Source of the DNA: Halalkalicoccus paucihalophilus
Lineage (GTDB): Archaea; Halobacteriota; Halobacteria; Halobacteriales; Halalkalicoccaceae
Length of the DNA stretch: 24,000 nucleotides
NCBI RefSeq assembly: GCF_001593955.1
Contig: NZ_LTAZ01000005.1
Coordinates: 1-24,000, forward strand
Reading direction: 5' to 3'
The translations under genes and the position numbers were made by a program. How positions within the stretch are numbered: position 1 is the stretch's first letter; each line of letters starts with the position of its first letter. Below, piece after piece: positions 15,116 through 24,000 of the stretch. Under the pieces are notes generated by a model. The model was not told the DNA's origin and did not search any database. It was given only the letters and a program-made list of their open reading frames with translations.

Positions 15116-16084
15116 ATGAAGCAGCGTCGTCGCGTGTCGATCGCCGTCGCCGGAACGGTCGCGCTCTTTCTTACGATCCAGCTCGGCGCGCTCGCGCTGG
15201 TCGAGCCGTTCCAGTCGGCGGGCCTGCAGGCCGTCGAGAACCCCGAGGACCCGACCAATTCGTTCCTGTACATCGGTGCGATCCTCGTCGCCACGGGGCT
15301 GATGCTCGCGGCGTTCAAGTTCGATCTCGAATGGCTGATCCGCGGGATGGTCGTCCTCGCGAGCGTCCTCCTCTCGTGGTACGTCCTCGTGGTCGTCGTC
15401 CCGCCGGTGCTGTCGGTCGGTGGACTCAACGTTCCGGCCGCCCTCGGCGCGCTCGCTATCGGCGTGGGACTGATCGCCTATCCCGAGTGGTACGTCATCG
15501 ACGCTGCCGGCGTGGTGATGGGCGCGGGCGCGGCGGGGCTGTTCGGCATCACCTTCGGGATCCTCCCCGCGCTCGTCCTCCTGGCGGTGCTCGCGGTCTA
15601 CGACGCCATCAGTGTCTACGGTACGAAACACATGCTCTCGCTCGCCGACAGCGTCATGGACATCAAGGTGCCCGTCCTCCTGATCGTGCCCGTCTCACCG
15701 GGCTACTCGTTTCTCGACGACGGTGCGGACGGCGACCACAGCGAGCGTGAGGGGGGCGAGGGAACCGACGAACCGGCCGCCGAAAACGGGGACCGGGACG
15801 CCTTTTTCATCGGGCTGGGCGACGCCGTGATCCCGACGATCCTGATCGCCAGCGCCGCGTTTTTCGTTTCGACACCCTCACTCGCCGTTCCGGGGCTCGC
15901 TCTCACGGTCCCCGCGCTCGGTGGGATGATCGGCATGCTCATCGGGCTTCTCGTCCTGTTGTGGGCGGTGCTTCAGGGGCGCGCTCACGCCGGACTTCCC
16001 CTCTTGAACAGTGGGGCCATCGCGGGCTATCTGGTGGGTGCGCTCGCGAGCGGGCTGACGCTCACACAGGCGATCGGGCTGTAG
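15116..16084 (+). CDS. presenilin/signal-peptide-peptidase homologue (GxGD intramembrane aspartyl protease, A22 family)
   Basis: Polytopic membrane protein with the catalytic YD (LAVYDAISVYGTKHM), GLGD (FFIGLGDAVIPT) and PAL (LTVPALGG) motifs in the canonical order. Confidence 0.8.
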   Translation: MKQRRRVSIAVAGTVALFLTIQLGALALVEPFQSAGLQAVENPEDPTNSFLYIGAILVATGLMLAAFKFDLEWLIRGMVVLASVLLSWYVLVVVVPPVLSVGGLNVPAALGALAIGVGLIAYPEWYVIDAAGVVMGAGAAGLFGITFGILPALVLLAVLAVYDAISVYGTKHMLSLADSVMDIKVPVLLIVPVSPGYSFLDDGADGDHSEREGGEGTDEPAAENGDRDAFFIGLGDAVIPTILIASAAFFVSTPSLAVPGLALTVPALGGMIGMLIGLLVLLWAVLQGRAHAGLPLLNSGAIAGYLVGALASGLTLTQAIGL

Positions 16085-16086
16085 CG

Positions 16087-17316
16087 TCACGCGCTGAGAC
16101 GACCCGCGACGGCGATCGCGACGGCGCCGGCCAGCGCGAGGAGGCCGGCAGCGACGAACGCCGGGGAGTAGGTCCCGATAGCGTCGTGGCCCGCGCCGGC
16201 GACGTACGGCGAGACGAGCCCCGAGATGCCGAGCGAGACCGACACCAGCCCGAAGACGGCGTTGATGTTCGACCGGCCGAACAGGTCGGCGGTGAGCGGC
16301 GCGAGCAGCGCGCCGTTGCCCCCGTAGGCGAGGCCGTAGACGAACGCGAAGGCGAGAAGCGTCGCCGCGGTGTCGAGGGCGGGTAACGTGATCGTCGCGG
16401 CCCCCATGGTCGCCGAGCAGACGACGAACGTCGACACCCGACCGACCCGGTCGGCGGCGTGGCCGATCGTCACCCGACCCACGACGCTCGCCCCGCCGAT
16501 GAGCGCCACGGCGGTGGCGCCGACCGTCCGCGAGAGGCCGAGGTCGACGATGTGAACGACGAGGTGCGAGAGGACGACGTAGAGCGTCGTGTAGATCAGC
16601 AACCAGCCGAGGAACTGCGCGAGGAAGGCGGGAGAACGGGCGATCGTTCGCACATCGGTGAGCCGTTCGTGGAGGCCGACGCGCTGACTCGCTTGAAACC
16701 CGTCGGCGAACTCGCGGTCGGGGACCTGCTCGGGCGCGGGTTCGTCGCGGACGGCGGCGATGGCGACCACCAGCAACGCCACCGCACAGGCGGCGAGTAC
16801 CAGCAACGCGGACCGCCAGCCCAACCGAACGATGAGCGCGTCCGCGGCGGGCGCGACGACGACCATTCCCATCCCGAGGCCGGCGGATGCGAGGCCACCC
16901 GCGAGCCCCTGGCGGCGGTCGAACCACCGGGGGACGGTCGCGTAGGAGACGACGAACAGGACGCTCATCCCGAGCCCGGTGACGACCCCGTAGGTGAGTA
17001 CGAGGGCGGGGAGCGACCGGGCCTGGCTGGTCCCGGCCAGTCCGATCCCGAGGACGACGGTCCCGACCGCGAGCATCCGGCGGGTCCCGTACCGATCGAC
17101 TAGCACGCCGATGACGACCGCGCCGAGGTAGAGCATCAACGACTGGACGCCGAACGCGACCGATGTGACGCCCCGCGAGCGGCCGAATTCCTCGAGGATC
17201 GGCTCGAAGAACACGCCGAAGGAGTAGGAGAGACCGAAGACGACGAACGAGCCCAGAAAGCAGGCGGCGACGACGACCCAGCCGTAGTAGACCCGTCCCA
17301 CGTGCGACATCGACAC
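16087..17316 (-). CDS. MFS transporter (12 TM, oxalate/formate-antiporter-like)
   Basis: 409 aa with two six-helix halves and a DRYGTRR-type loop motif (LVDRYGTRRMLAVG) after TM2. Confidence 0.8.
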   Translation of the reverse strand: MSMSHVGRVYYGWVVVAACFLGSFVVFGLSYSFGVFFEPILEEFGRSRGVTSVAFGVQSLMLYLGAVVIGVLVDRYGTRRMLAVGTVVLGIGLAGTSQARSLPALVLTYGVVTGLGMSVLFVVSYATVPRWFDRRQGLAGGLASAGLGMGMVVVAPAADALIVRLGWRSALLVLAACAVALLVVAIAAVRDEPAPEQVPDREFADGFQASQRVGLHERLTDVRTIARSPAFLAQFLGWLLIYTTLYVVLSHLVVHIVDLGLSRTVGATAVALIGGASVVGRVTIGHAADRVGRVSTFVVCSATMGAATITLPALDTAATLLAFAFVYGLAYGGNGALLAPLTADLFGRSNINAVFGLVSVSLGISGLVSPYVAGAGHDAIGTYSPAFVAAGLLALAGAVAIAVAGRLSA

Positions 17317-17446
17317 GAACGACGCGTCCCGACCGGGTTAAATCGTCGCATGGGAGCAAGATAGCCGTCGTCGTGGCGAGGCCGGACCCGCTATCTGACG
17401 GGGCGTCGCCACTCACGGACCGTGCGTCCGTTTCGGGATGCGCCGT

Positions 17447-18442
17447 TCAGCCGTCCATCGCGTCGCTGGCCGGTGCGAACTCGATTTCCGTACCGAGCCC
17501 CGCCTCACGGGCGCGCTCGTAGAGCATGTGAGCGGCCGCGACCGTCTCGATACCGGTGCCGCCGCTGTCGAAGACGGTGATCTCCTCGTCGCTCTCGCGG
17601 CCCGGAACCGCCCCGACGAGGACCTCGCCGAGTTCGCCGTGGACGTGATCCGGTCCGACGGTCCCGTCCTCGATCGCAGCCAGTAGCGAGCCGGCGTCGC
17701 GGTCGGCTCGTGCCCCGAGATCGAGGACGTACTTCGCGCGCGAGACGGTCGTCGCGTCGAGTTCGTGTTTCTCGGCGTCGTACCGCCCCATCGCGGTGAC
17801 GTGGGTGCCCGGCTCCAGCAAGTCGCCGTCGAATACCGGTTCGGAAGCGTTGGTCGCCGTGATCACGATATCGGCACCCGAGACCGCGTCGGTGCTGGAT
17901 TCGACCGCCTCGACGTCCAGTCCGAGGTCGTTCGCCATCTCCCGTGCGAATTCTTCCCGGTTCTCGCGGGTCGTCGAGTACACCCGAACCGAATCGAGAT
18001 CACGGACGGTAGCGACCGCCCGAAGTTGTCCGCGGGCCTGCGTGCCGCTACCGATCAGCCCCAGCGTGCTCGCGTCCTCGCGGGCGAGCGCGTCGACGCC
18101 GAGCGCACCCGTCGCACCGGTCTTGAACGGGTTCAGGTACGCGCCGTCGAGGACCGCGAGCGGCTCGCCGCTCTCGGCGTCGAAGAGGGGAGTAACGAAC
18201 CACGCGTCGCGCTCCACGAAGCCCGCGCCGTAGGTGTAGCCGCCCATCGCGCCCGTCTCGGGAAGGATCGCCATGTATCCCGTCAGCATACCCGGCGGAT
18301 CGCCGTTGACGAGTTTGGTTCGGGGTTCGGCGGGCGCACCCTCGCCGCGCTGGCGGTAGCCCTCGCGGACGGCCGCGACGTAGTCGCTGGGGTCGGCGAG
18401 GTCAACGAGGTCGTCGCTCGTGAGAAACAGTGCGTGAGTCAT
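17447..18442 (-). CDS. ornithine cyclodeaminase / mu-crystallin family enzyme
   Basis: 331 aa. Rossmann motif LGLIGSGTQARGQL, ADIVITATNASEPVF, GTHVTAMG, and TVFDSGGTGIETVAAA near the C-terminus. Confidence 0.8.
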   Translation of the reverse strand: MTHALFLTSDDLVDLADPSDYVAAVREGYRQRGEGAPAEPRTKLVNGDPPGMLTGYMAILPETGAMGGYTYGAGFVERDAWFVTPLFDAESGEPLAVLDGAYLNPFKTGATGALGVDALAREDASTLGLIGSGTQARGQLRAVATVRDLDSVRVYSTTRENREEFAREMANDLGLDVEAVESSTDAVSGADIVITATNASEPVFDGDLLEPGTHVTAMGRYDAEKHELDATTVSRAKYVLDLGARADRDAGSLLAAIEDGTVGPDHVHGELGEVLVGAVPGRESDEEITVFDSGGTGIETVAAAHMLYERAREAGLGTEIEFAPASDAMDG

Positions 18443-18482
18443 ACGCGGTCGTTCGACGGCCGATAAGGAAACGGTTTGCGGT

Positions 18483-18698
18483 CTATTCGGTCGACGGCTG
18501 GGATGGGGCCGGTGCTGTCGTCTGCTCGGGCGCTGTCGGGTCGTTAACGAACAGCGCGTGACCGATCAGCGCGATGGCGATCGATGCGGCCGCCGGGATC
18601 GCCAGTGTCAGCTGAAGACCCAGCAGGGTCAGCGTTCCGCCGATGCCGAGCAGTGCGAGTGGAATGAGCCCGAGGATCAAATCGTAATAAGACGTCAT
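18483..18698 (-). CDS. small two-TM membrane protein, unknown function
   Basis: 71 aa with two hydrophobic helices and a Pro/Thr/Ala-rich tail. A TTATAA element lies about 30 nt upstream of the ATG, suggesting a leaderless mRNA. Confidence 0.5.
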   Translation of the reverse strand: MTSYYDLILGLIPLALLGIGGTLTLLGLQLTLAIPAAASIAIALIGHALFVNDPTAPEQTTAPAPSQPSTE

Positions 18699-18924
18699 AA
18701 TCTATCACAATCTATGGACTACATCCTTATAACTGTTTTGTCTATCAGTTGTATAGTCTTCCCGTAACTGTGCGATCATCCTCGAATTACTTTGCAGTCC
18801 CAACTACATACGTTATGAGTAGCCATCCGAAATAGCAGCGGTAAAACAGCCGTTTGAGACGGGATTCGGACCGGAGGACGGATCGGTCGATAGACCGTTC
18901 GATTCGAGGTATACGACGGTTCGC

Positions 18925-19338
18925 TTACTCGCGTGTCCGGGTGAGTGCGGTCACGAGCAGTCGCCACGGAAGCAGGGTCGCAAGCCCCGTTCCGACGGTG
19001 ACGAGGACGAAGGCGGGCGGTGCACCCCCGACCAGCCACGGGGTCGCACGCAGTCCGACACCGATCAGCGCGGCGACGATCCACGCGAAACCCACGGCGA
19101 GCGCCGTTTCAACAAGCGACTCCCGGATGCGGGCGGTGTAGACACCGAGCAGCGGGGCGACCAGCAGCCAGCCGAGCAGGAAGGGTACCACCGTCTCGGC
19201 CGTATAGAGTGGGGTGGCCAGCGGGTCGGTGCCGTGGACGACCAGTCCGGCCGAGAGCTGGGCGGTGATGATCGCCAGATCGACGACGACCAACACGACC
19301 GTTACCGCCGAGCGGTCGAACCGTGTGACAGCGGCCAT
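18925..19338 (-). CDS. four-TM membrane protein (DUF3054-like)
   Basis: Start set at ATG 19338 (MAAVTRFDRSAVTVVLVVVDLAII...). The upstream part of the listed ORF is Arg/Gly-rich. The family call is tentative. Confidence 0.55.
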   Translation of the reverse strand: MAAVTRFDRSAVTVVLVVVDLAIITAQLSAGLVVHGTDPLATPLYTAETVVPFLLGWLLVAPLLGVYTARIRESLVETALAVGFAWIVAALIGVGLRATPWLVGGAPPAFVLVTVGTGLATLLPWRLLVTALTRTRE

Positions 19339-19415
19339 ATCGGGGCGTTCTCCCGGCAGTGCCATGTGTCTCCCGGTTCCACATCGCTCAACACGCCCGG
19401 GGGCCAACGGGGTGT

Positions 19416-19946
19416 ATGGAACTCGAACTGCTCGGCTGGCCGCCCGACGGGCCGAAACTCGAACTCGATTATCGTCTCTTCAGCTACGCCGGGAAGTTCG
19501 TCATGACCAACACCGGCAAGGCCGTGCTCCGCGAGGCCGGTGAGATCCGGGCCGCGGCCGCGTTCAACGAGGACCGGACCGACCCCGAAACGCTGTGGAT
19601 CCGGTATATCACGACCCACACCGACCACCGGGGCGCGGGACTCGGACCTCGACTGCTGGCGTTCGTCCGAAACCGGGCGCGAAAGCGGGGATACGACACC
19701 GTACGGATCGCCGTCAACAATCCCTTCGCCTACGAGGCGTGCTATCGGGCGGGCTTTTCCTACACCGGCCGGGAGACGGGACTCGCGGAACTCGTCCTCG
19801 AAGCGCCGGCCGAACGCACGCGAGCGCGCTATCAGGAGGGTCTCGATGCCTTCCGGGAGCGCGACCTCGGCGACCCGGAGCGAGGGTTCCTTGACCGGAA
19901 ACACGGTGTCCATCCGCCTGACGGATCGGACCAACGGAACGGATAG
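19416..19946 (+). CDS. GNAT-family N-acetyltransferase
   Basis: Start set at ATG 19416 (MELELLGWPPDG...). Acetyl-CoA-binding motif A IRYITTHTDHRGAGLGPRLLAFVRNRARKRGYDTVRIAV. Confidence 0.7.
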   Translation: MELELLGWPPDGPKLELDYRLFSYAGKFVMTNTGKAVLREAGEIRAAAAFNEDRTDPETLWIRYITTHTDHRGAGLGPRLLAFVRNRARKRGYDTVRIAVNNPFAYEACYRAGFSYTGRETGLAELVLEAPAERTRARYQEGLDAFRERDLGDPERGFLDRKHGVHPPDGSDQRNG

Positions 19947-19981
19947 AAACCGCCAAACCGCCGCGGGATTCGAAGGGAGGT

Positions 19982-20443
19982 ATGGAGACGACACGCCACT
20001 TCGTCGCGACCGTCTACGTCGTCAACGACGGTGCGACCCTGTTGCACGAACACGAGAAGTTGGGGCTGTGGCTCCCGCCGGGCGGCCACATCGACCGGGA
20101 CGAGCTTCCCCACGAGGCCGCAACGCGGGAGGTCCACGAGGAGACGGGCCTCGACGTGGATCTCCTGCAGGAGCACGACGGGGTGAGCTCCCCGACCGTC
20201 GAGTCGCTCCCGGAACCCGCCCACCTGCTGCTCGAAGACATCAACGTTTCGGAGGTGGGCGTTGGCCACCAGCATATCGACTTCGTCTACTACGGGCGGG
20301 CCGACTCACGTGATCTCGATCCCGCCGAGGGTGAGCAATCGAGCGAGGCGTGGGAGTGGGTCACGTCCGAGGAACTGGACGCGGGACGGTTCGACTCCGA
20401 TGTAACTGAGCTGAGTCGTGAGGCGATCGCCCTACTCGAGTAG
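19982..20443 (+). CDS. NUDIX hydrolase
   Basis: Nudix box GGHIDRDELPHEAATREVHEETGL (GX5EX7REUXEEXGU pattern). Confidence 0.85.
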   Translation: METTRHFVATVYVVNDGATLLHEHEKLGLWLPPGGHIDRDELPHEAATREVHEETGLDVDLLQEHDGVSSPTVESLPEPAHLLLEDINVSEVGVGHQHIDFVYYGRADSRDLDPAEGEQSSEAWEWVTSEELDAGRFDSDVTELSREAIALLE

Positions 20444-21487
20444 CGACTCGACGTACTGCGTGACGTGGTCGTCCATCCGGCGCTTGTAGCCCGCCTGCCG
20501 GGCGAGTCGGTCGAGTTCGCGGGCGATCAGGCTGCCGTACTGAACTGCTTTCTTCTTCCTCTCGGCGACCTCTCGGGGGACGAACTCGCGGGCCGCACGT
20601 CTGAAGACCCGTTTTCGTTCGCCCTCGGTCGCCAGCATCGGCCCGTCGAGGCGGAGCGCGGCCCGCACCACCCGATCGTCGAGCAGCGGTGCGATCGGTT
20701 CGACCCCGGCGGCCCTGATCGAAAGGATGTCGCGTTCGAGTTGGTCGGGCAGCGAGGCGATCACCTCGCGGGTCGCACCCCGCACGGAATCTGCAGTGAC
20801 GCGGTGATCTACTCGGACGACCTTCTCGTAGCCCCCGAACAGCTCGTCCGCGCCCTGACCGACCGCGAGTCGGCCGTAGCCGTCCTCTCTGGCTCGCTCG
20901 GCGACGAGAAACAGCGACAGCGCAATTCCCACGTCCATCGCGTTCGTACGGCCCGTCGCGCGCGCTACAACGGGTACTGCCCGCTCGATGTCGGCGTGGG
21001 TACACTCGATTTCCGTGAGTGGTCGTCCCATGGCGCTCGCGCTCTCGCGGGCCGCGGCGAGGTCGTGGCTCCCCTCGAAGCCGACGACGTACAGCGGGGC
21101 ATCCGTGCCACTGGCAACGATCGCCGAGTCGACGCCGCCGGAGAAGGCGACCACTAGGTCCGTAGAATCGAGTGCGAGGCTCGCCTCCAGTGCGTCCGTG
21201 ACCGCCGCGACCGCCTCGCGTTCGGTTTCGAATACCGGCGGGTCGGGCAGCGAAAAGACGCGCTCGTCGTCGACGTGTCCCGCCGGAAACGAAACCGGCT
21301 CGTCGAGGTCGGTCGGCGAGAACGCCCAACCCTCGCCCGAACGCTCGACGAACAGCGGGTAGCGTCCGAGGACGTCCCGGACGAGCCTGCCGTCGCGGAG
21401 CCGTCCGGCGAAACCGCGGGTTCCAGGGAGCGGATCCCGATCGGCGATCGCTCGCTCGGCGAGCGCGGGATCGGCCCCGTGGATCAT
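20432..21487 (-). CDS. asparagine-synthase-related PP-loop ATPase
   Basis: Start set at ATG 21487, which overlaps the PHP gene stop as ATGA. PP-loop VAFSGGVDSAIVA and QGADELFGGY, characteristic of the AsnB C-terminal domain. No N-terminal Cys glutaminase domain. Confidence 0.75.
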   Translation of the reverse strand: MIHGADPALAERAIADRDPLPGTRGFAGRLRDGRLVRDVLGRYPLFVERSGEGWAFSPTDLDEPVSFPAGHVDDERVFSLPDPPVFETEREAVAAVTDALEASLALDSTDLVVAFSGGVDSAIVASGTDAPLYVVGFEGSHDLAAARESASAMGRPLTEIECTHADIERAVPVVARATGRTNAMDVGIALSLFLVAERAREDGYGRLAVGQGADELFGGYEKVVRVDHRVTADSVRGATREVIASLPDQLERDILSIRAAGVEPIAPLLDDRVVRAALRLDGPMLATEGERKRVFRRAAREFVPREVAERKKKAVQYGSLIARELDRLARQAGYKRRMDDHVTQYVESLLE

Positions 21488-22173
21488 CCGAAAAATGAGG
21501 CGACACGGCGTTTCACGCGGCGTTTGGCCCCGCCGCCGGCCTGTCGGAAGCTGATCCGCCACGGGGTGCGTTTGCCGGCGACCGAGGTTCGCCCCCCGCG
21601 GACACCCTCGAGGATCGCCTCGACGCTTCGCTCGCCACGCGTCCCGACCCGCGTGACGGCCTGTCCCACCATCTCGTTGATGTGGGCGTCGCTGCCGGCG
21701 GTCATCGGCAGACCCCGCGAGCGGGCGAACCGCTCGGCTTTGCGGTTGGCTCTACCAGTGAGGAGCCGCGAGTTGTAGATCTCGATGGCGTCCGCCCGTG
21801 CGAGTTCGTCCCGGGAGACCTCCGCACCGACGCCGTGGCGTGAGGACTGAAACGGGTGCGGGACGACGGCGATCCCGCCCGCCTCGTGGATCCGCTCGAT
21901 GGTTTCCCCGTAGGCCAGACCGGGAGGGATCCGTTCGTCGACCCCGATTCCGAGGACGTGGCCGGCGCTACTGGAGATCTCGATTCCGGGGATCCCGATC
22001 AGCCCGTACTCGGGGGCGAGTTCGGCGGCTTCGAGGCTCGCGTCGATCTCGTCGTGGTCGGTGATCGCGATGGCGTCGAGGCCGACCGCGCTGGCCTGTT
22101 CGAGGAGGAGGTCCACGGGATCCCGCCCGTCGTGCGAGAGGGCGGAGTGGGCGTGGAGTTCGACCGAGAGCAC
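21484..22173 (-). CDS. PHP-domain metal-dependent phosphoesterase
   Basis: Start set at GTG 22173 (VLSVELHAHSALSHDG...). PHP motifs HAHS, ITDHD, GIEIS, PHP, GSDAH. The upstream part of the listed 350-aa ORF would run into the purL promoter and coding region. Confidence 0.75.
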   Translation of the reverse strand: MLSVELHAHSALSHDGRDPVDLLLEQASAVGLDAIAITDHDEIDASLEAAELAPEYGLIGIPGIEISSSAGHVLGIGVDERIPPGLAYGETIERIHEAGGIAVVPHPFQSSRHGVGAEVSRDELARADAIEIYNSRLLTGRANRKAERFARSRGLPMTAGSDAHINEMVGQAVTRVGTRGERSVEAILEGVRGGRTSVAGKRTPWRISFRQAGGGAKRRVKRRVASFFG

Positions 22174-22276
22174 ACCCCGCTTTGGAGGAGGGTGTGCAAA
22201 AACGCCCCGATCCGGCGATACGCACGATCGTGGATATAGAAAGCGATTTATCGCCCTCGGCTGAACACGGAAGTGA

Positions 22277-24000
22277 ATGAGTCTCTCCGACTCGGATCGC
22301 GAGATCATCACCACTGAACTCGGCCGCGAACCCACGCGCGCGGAGGCCGCGCTGTTCGAGAACCTCTGGAGCGAACACTGCGCGTATCGCTCCTCGCGGC
22401 CCCTCTTGGGGGCGTTCGAGAGCGAGGGCGAGCACGTCGTGATCGGGCCGGGCGACGACGCCGCGGTCGTCGCGCTTCCTGACCCCGACGGCGCGAACAG
22501 CGAGACGTACATCACGCTGGGTATCGAGAGCCACAATCACCCCTCCTACGTCGACCCCTACGACGGGGCAGCCACCGGCGTCGGCGGCATCGTCCGGGAC
22601 ACCCTCTCGATGGGCGCGTATCCGATCGCGCTGACGGACTCGCTGTACTTCGGCGGGTTCGACCGCGAGCATTCCCGATACCTCCTCGATGGAATCGTCG
22701 ACGGGATCTCCGACTACGGCAACGCCATCGGCGTGCCGACGGTGGGGGGAAGCCTCGCTTTTCACCCCGACTACGAGGGCAACCCCCTCGTAAACGTCGC
22801 CTGCGTCGGTCTGCTCTCGCCGGATCGGCTGATCACCGCGAAAGCCCAGCGGGCGGGCAACGAGCTCGTCCTCGTCGGAAACGCGACTGGCCGCGATGGC
22901 CTCGGCGGTGCGAGTTTCGCGAGCGAGGACTTAGCGGAGGACGCCGAAACCGAGGACCGCCCCGCGGTGCAGGTCGGCGACCCCTACGCGGAGAAGCTGC
23001 TGATCGAGGCCAACGAGGTACTGGTAGAGGAAGGGCTGATCGAGTCCGCGCGCGATCTCGGTGCGGCGGGACTGGGCGGCGCGTCCTCGGAACTCGTCGC
23101 GAAGGGCGGGTTCGGTGCCGACATCGATTTGAACAGCGTACACCAGCGCGAACCGAACATGAACCCGATGGAAATCCTGCTCGGCGAGTCCCAGGAACGG
23201 ATGTGCTACGAGGTGCGTCCCGAGAACGTCGAGCGAGTGCGAGAGATCGCAGAACGTTTCGATCTCGGCTGTTCGGTTATCGGGGAGGTAACCGAGGGGA
23301 ACTACACCTGCACCTTCGAGAGGAGCGAGGCGCGACACGCCTCGGATGACTCGAGCGGTGAGAAAAGCGAACCGCGAGGACGTGAGACGGTCGTCGACGT
23401 CCCTCCAGAGTTCCTCGCCGACGGCGCGCCGATGAACGACCTCGACCACGTCGAACCCAAACCCGAGCCGGCGAACCGCGACCTGCCCGACGTCGGGTTG
23501 GAGGCGGCGTTCGAGTCTGTCGTTTCGAGTCCGAACACCGCGAGCAAGGAGTGGGTCTACCGGCAGTACGACCACGAGGTCGGCGTACGCACGGCCGTGA
23601 AACCCGGCGACGACGCCGCCGTGCTTGCGATCCGCGAGACGGGCACGGGACTGGCGGTCTCGGCGGGCGCGGATCCCACCTGGACCGCCGCGAACCCCTA
23701 CGAGGGCGCGCGGGCGGTCGCCGTCGAGAACGCGACCAACCTCGCGGCGAAGGGGGCGAGTCCGCTTGCCGCTGTGGACTGTCTCAACGGCGCCAATCCC
23801 GAGAACCCCGAGGTCTACGGCGAGTTCAGGGGGATCGTCTCGGGGCTCGCCGACGCCTGTTCGGATCTCTCGGTCCCGGTCGTCGGCGGGAACGTCTCGC
23901 TGTACAACGATTCGGTCGCGGGCCCAATCCCGCCGACCCCGACGCTCGCGATGGTCGCCAGTCGCGAGGGATACGACGCCCCGCCGACCGGGCTCTCGGG
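22277..24000 (+). CDS. purL: phosphoribosylformylglycinamidine synthase subunit PurL (3' end outside the window)
   Basis: Absent from the ORF track because no stop lies in the window. ATG 22277 is preceded by an in-frame TGA. Translation: [40 protein letters not shown]...[25 protein letters not shown]...GGASFAS...[10 protein letters not shown]...[11 protein letters not shown]. It stays open for about 574 codons to the window end. Confidence 0.92.
   Translation, partial: MSLSDSDREIITTELGREPTRAEAALFENLWSEHCAYRSSRPLLGAFESEGEHVVIGPGDDAAVVALPDPDGANSETYITLGIESHNHPSYVDPYDGAATGVGGIVRDTLSMGAYPIALTDSLYFGGFDREHSRYLLDGIVDGISDYGNAIGVPTVGGSLAFHPDYEGNPLVNVACVGLLSPDRLITAKAQRAGNELVLVGNATGRDGLGGASFASEDLAEDAETEDRPAVQVGDPYAEKLLIEANEVLVEEGLIESARDLGAAGLGGASSELVAKGGFGADIDLNSVHQREPNMNPMEILLGESQERMCYEVRPENVERVREIAERFDLGCSVIGEVTEGNYTCTFERSEARHASDDSSGEKSEPRGRETVVDVPPEFLADGAPMNDLDHVEPKPEPANRDLPDVGLEAAFESVVSSPNTASKEWVYRQYDHEVGVRTAVKPGDDAAVLAIRETGTGLAVSAGADPTWTAANPYEGARAVAVENATNLAAKGASPLAAVDCLNGANPENPEVYGEFRGIVSGLADACSDLSVPVVGGNVSLYNDSVAGPIPPTPTLAMVASREGYDAPPTGLS

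Noticed and set aside
15878-17416. 512-aa minus-strand ORF overlapping the MFS gene in another frame.
   Set aside because: It is extremely Arg-rich (poly-R/G/P). The 409-aa frame (16087..17316) gives a clean 12-TM transporter.
17317-17446. 130-bp spacer checked for a tRNA or small RNA. The other spacers were also checked for tRNA-like T-arm motifs.
   Set aside because: I could find no GTTCRANYC-type T-loop or cloverleaf-compatible stems. No RNA gene is called.
1-24000. Looked for CRISPR repeats, IS elements/transposases, integrases, toxin-antitoxin or restriction/defence modules, and long direct or tandem repeats.
   Set aside because: None were seen. All sizeable ORFs are accounted for by housekeeping, transport or archaellum functions. 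The only notable repeats are the C9 tract and short promoter palindromes.

Overview
This is visibly GC-rich, haloarchaeal-type chromosomal DNA. Predicted proteins are strongly acidic and third codon positions are GC-saturated. Many genes look leaderless or overlap by ATGA/GTGA/TAATG, and one secreted protein ends in a PGF-CTERM sorting signal. The centre of the window is a complete archaellum (arl/fla) operon on the minus strand (10350 -> 2768): archaellin, arlF, arlG, a small acidic orfX, an arlC/D/E-type fusion, arlH, arlI and arlJ. A winged-helix regulator is transcribed divergently from it. The left flank holds a TANGO2/NRDE-like gene (5' partial), a small membrane protein, a mini TrxR-like flavoprotein and an EamA transporter. 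The right flank holds a BtuFCD-like ABC importer, SRP19, Gar1, a presenilin homologue, an MFS transporter, an ornithine-cyclodeaminase-family enzyme, small membrane proteins, GNAT, NUDIX, an AsnB-like PP-loop protein, a PHP phosphoesterase and the 5' part of purL, which is not in the ORF track because it runs off the window. I recognised no rRNA, tRNA, CRISPR array, transposase/integrase or obvious defence system. The main item for a second look is that the archaellum operon, and only it, carries several independent reading-frame problems. These are a C9 homopolymer frameshift in arlG, an in-frame TAG in orfX, an arlI N-terminal domain with no ATG/GTG/TTG start, and an arlJ body separated by a frameshift from its coupled ATG. 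This points to a decaying or phase-variable motility locus, or to local sequence errors. I found no convincing evidence of a wholly novel system.
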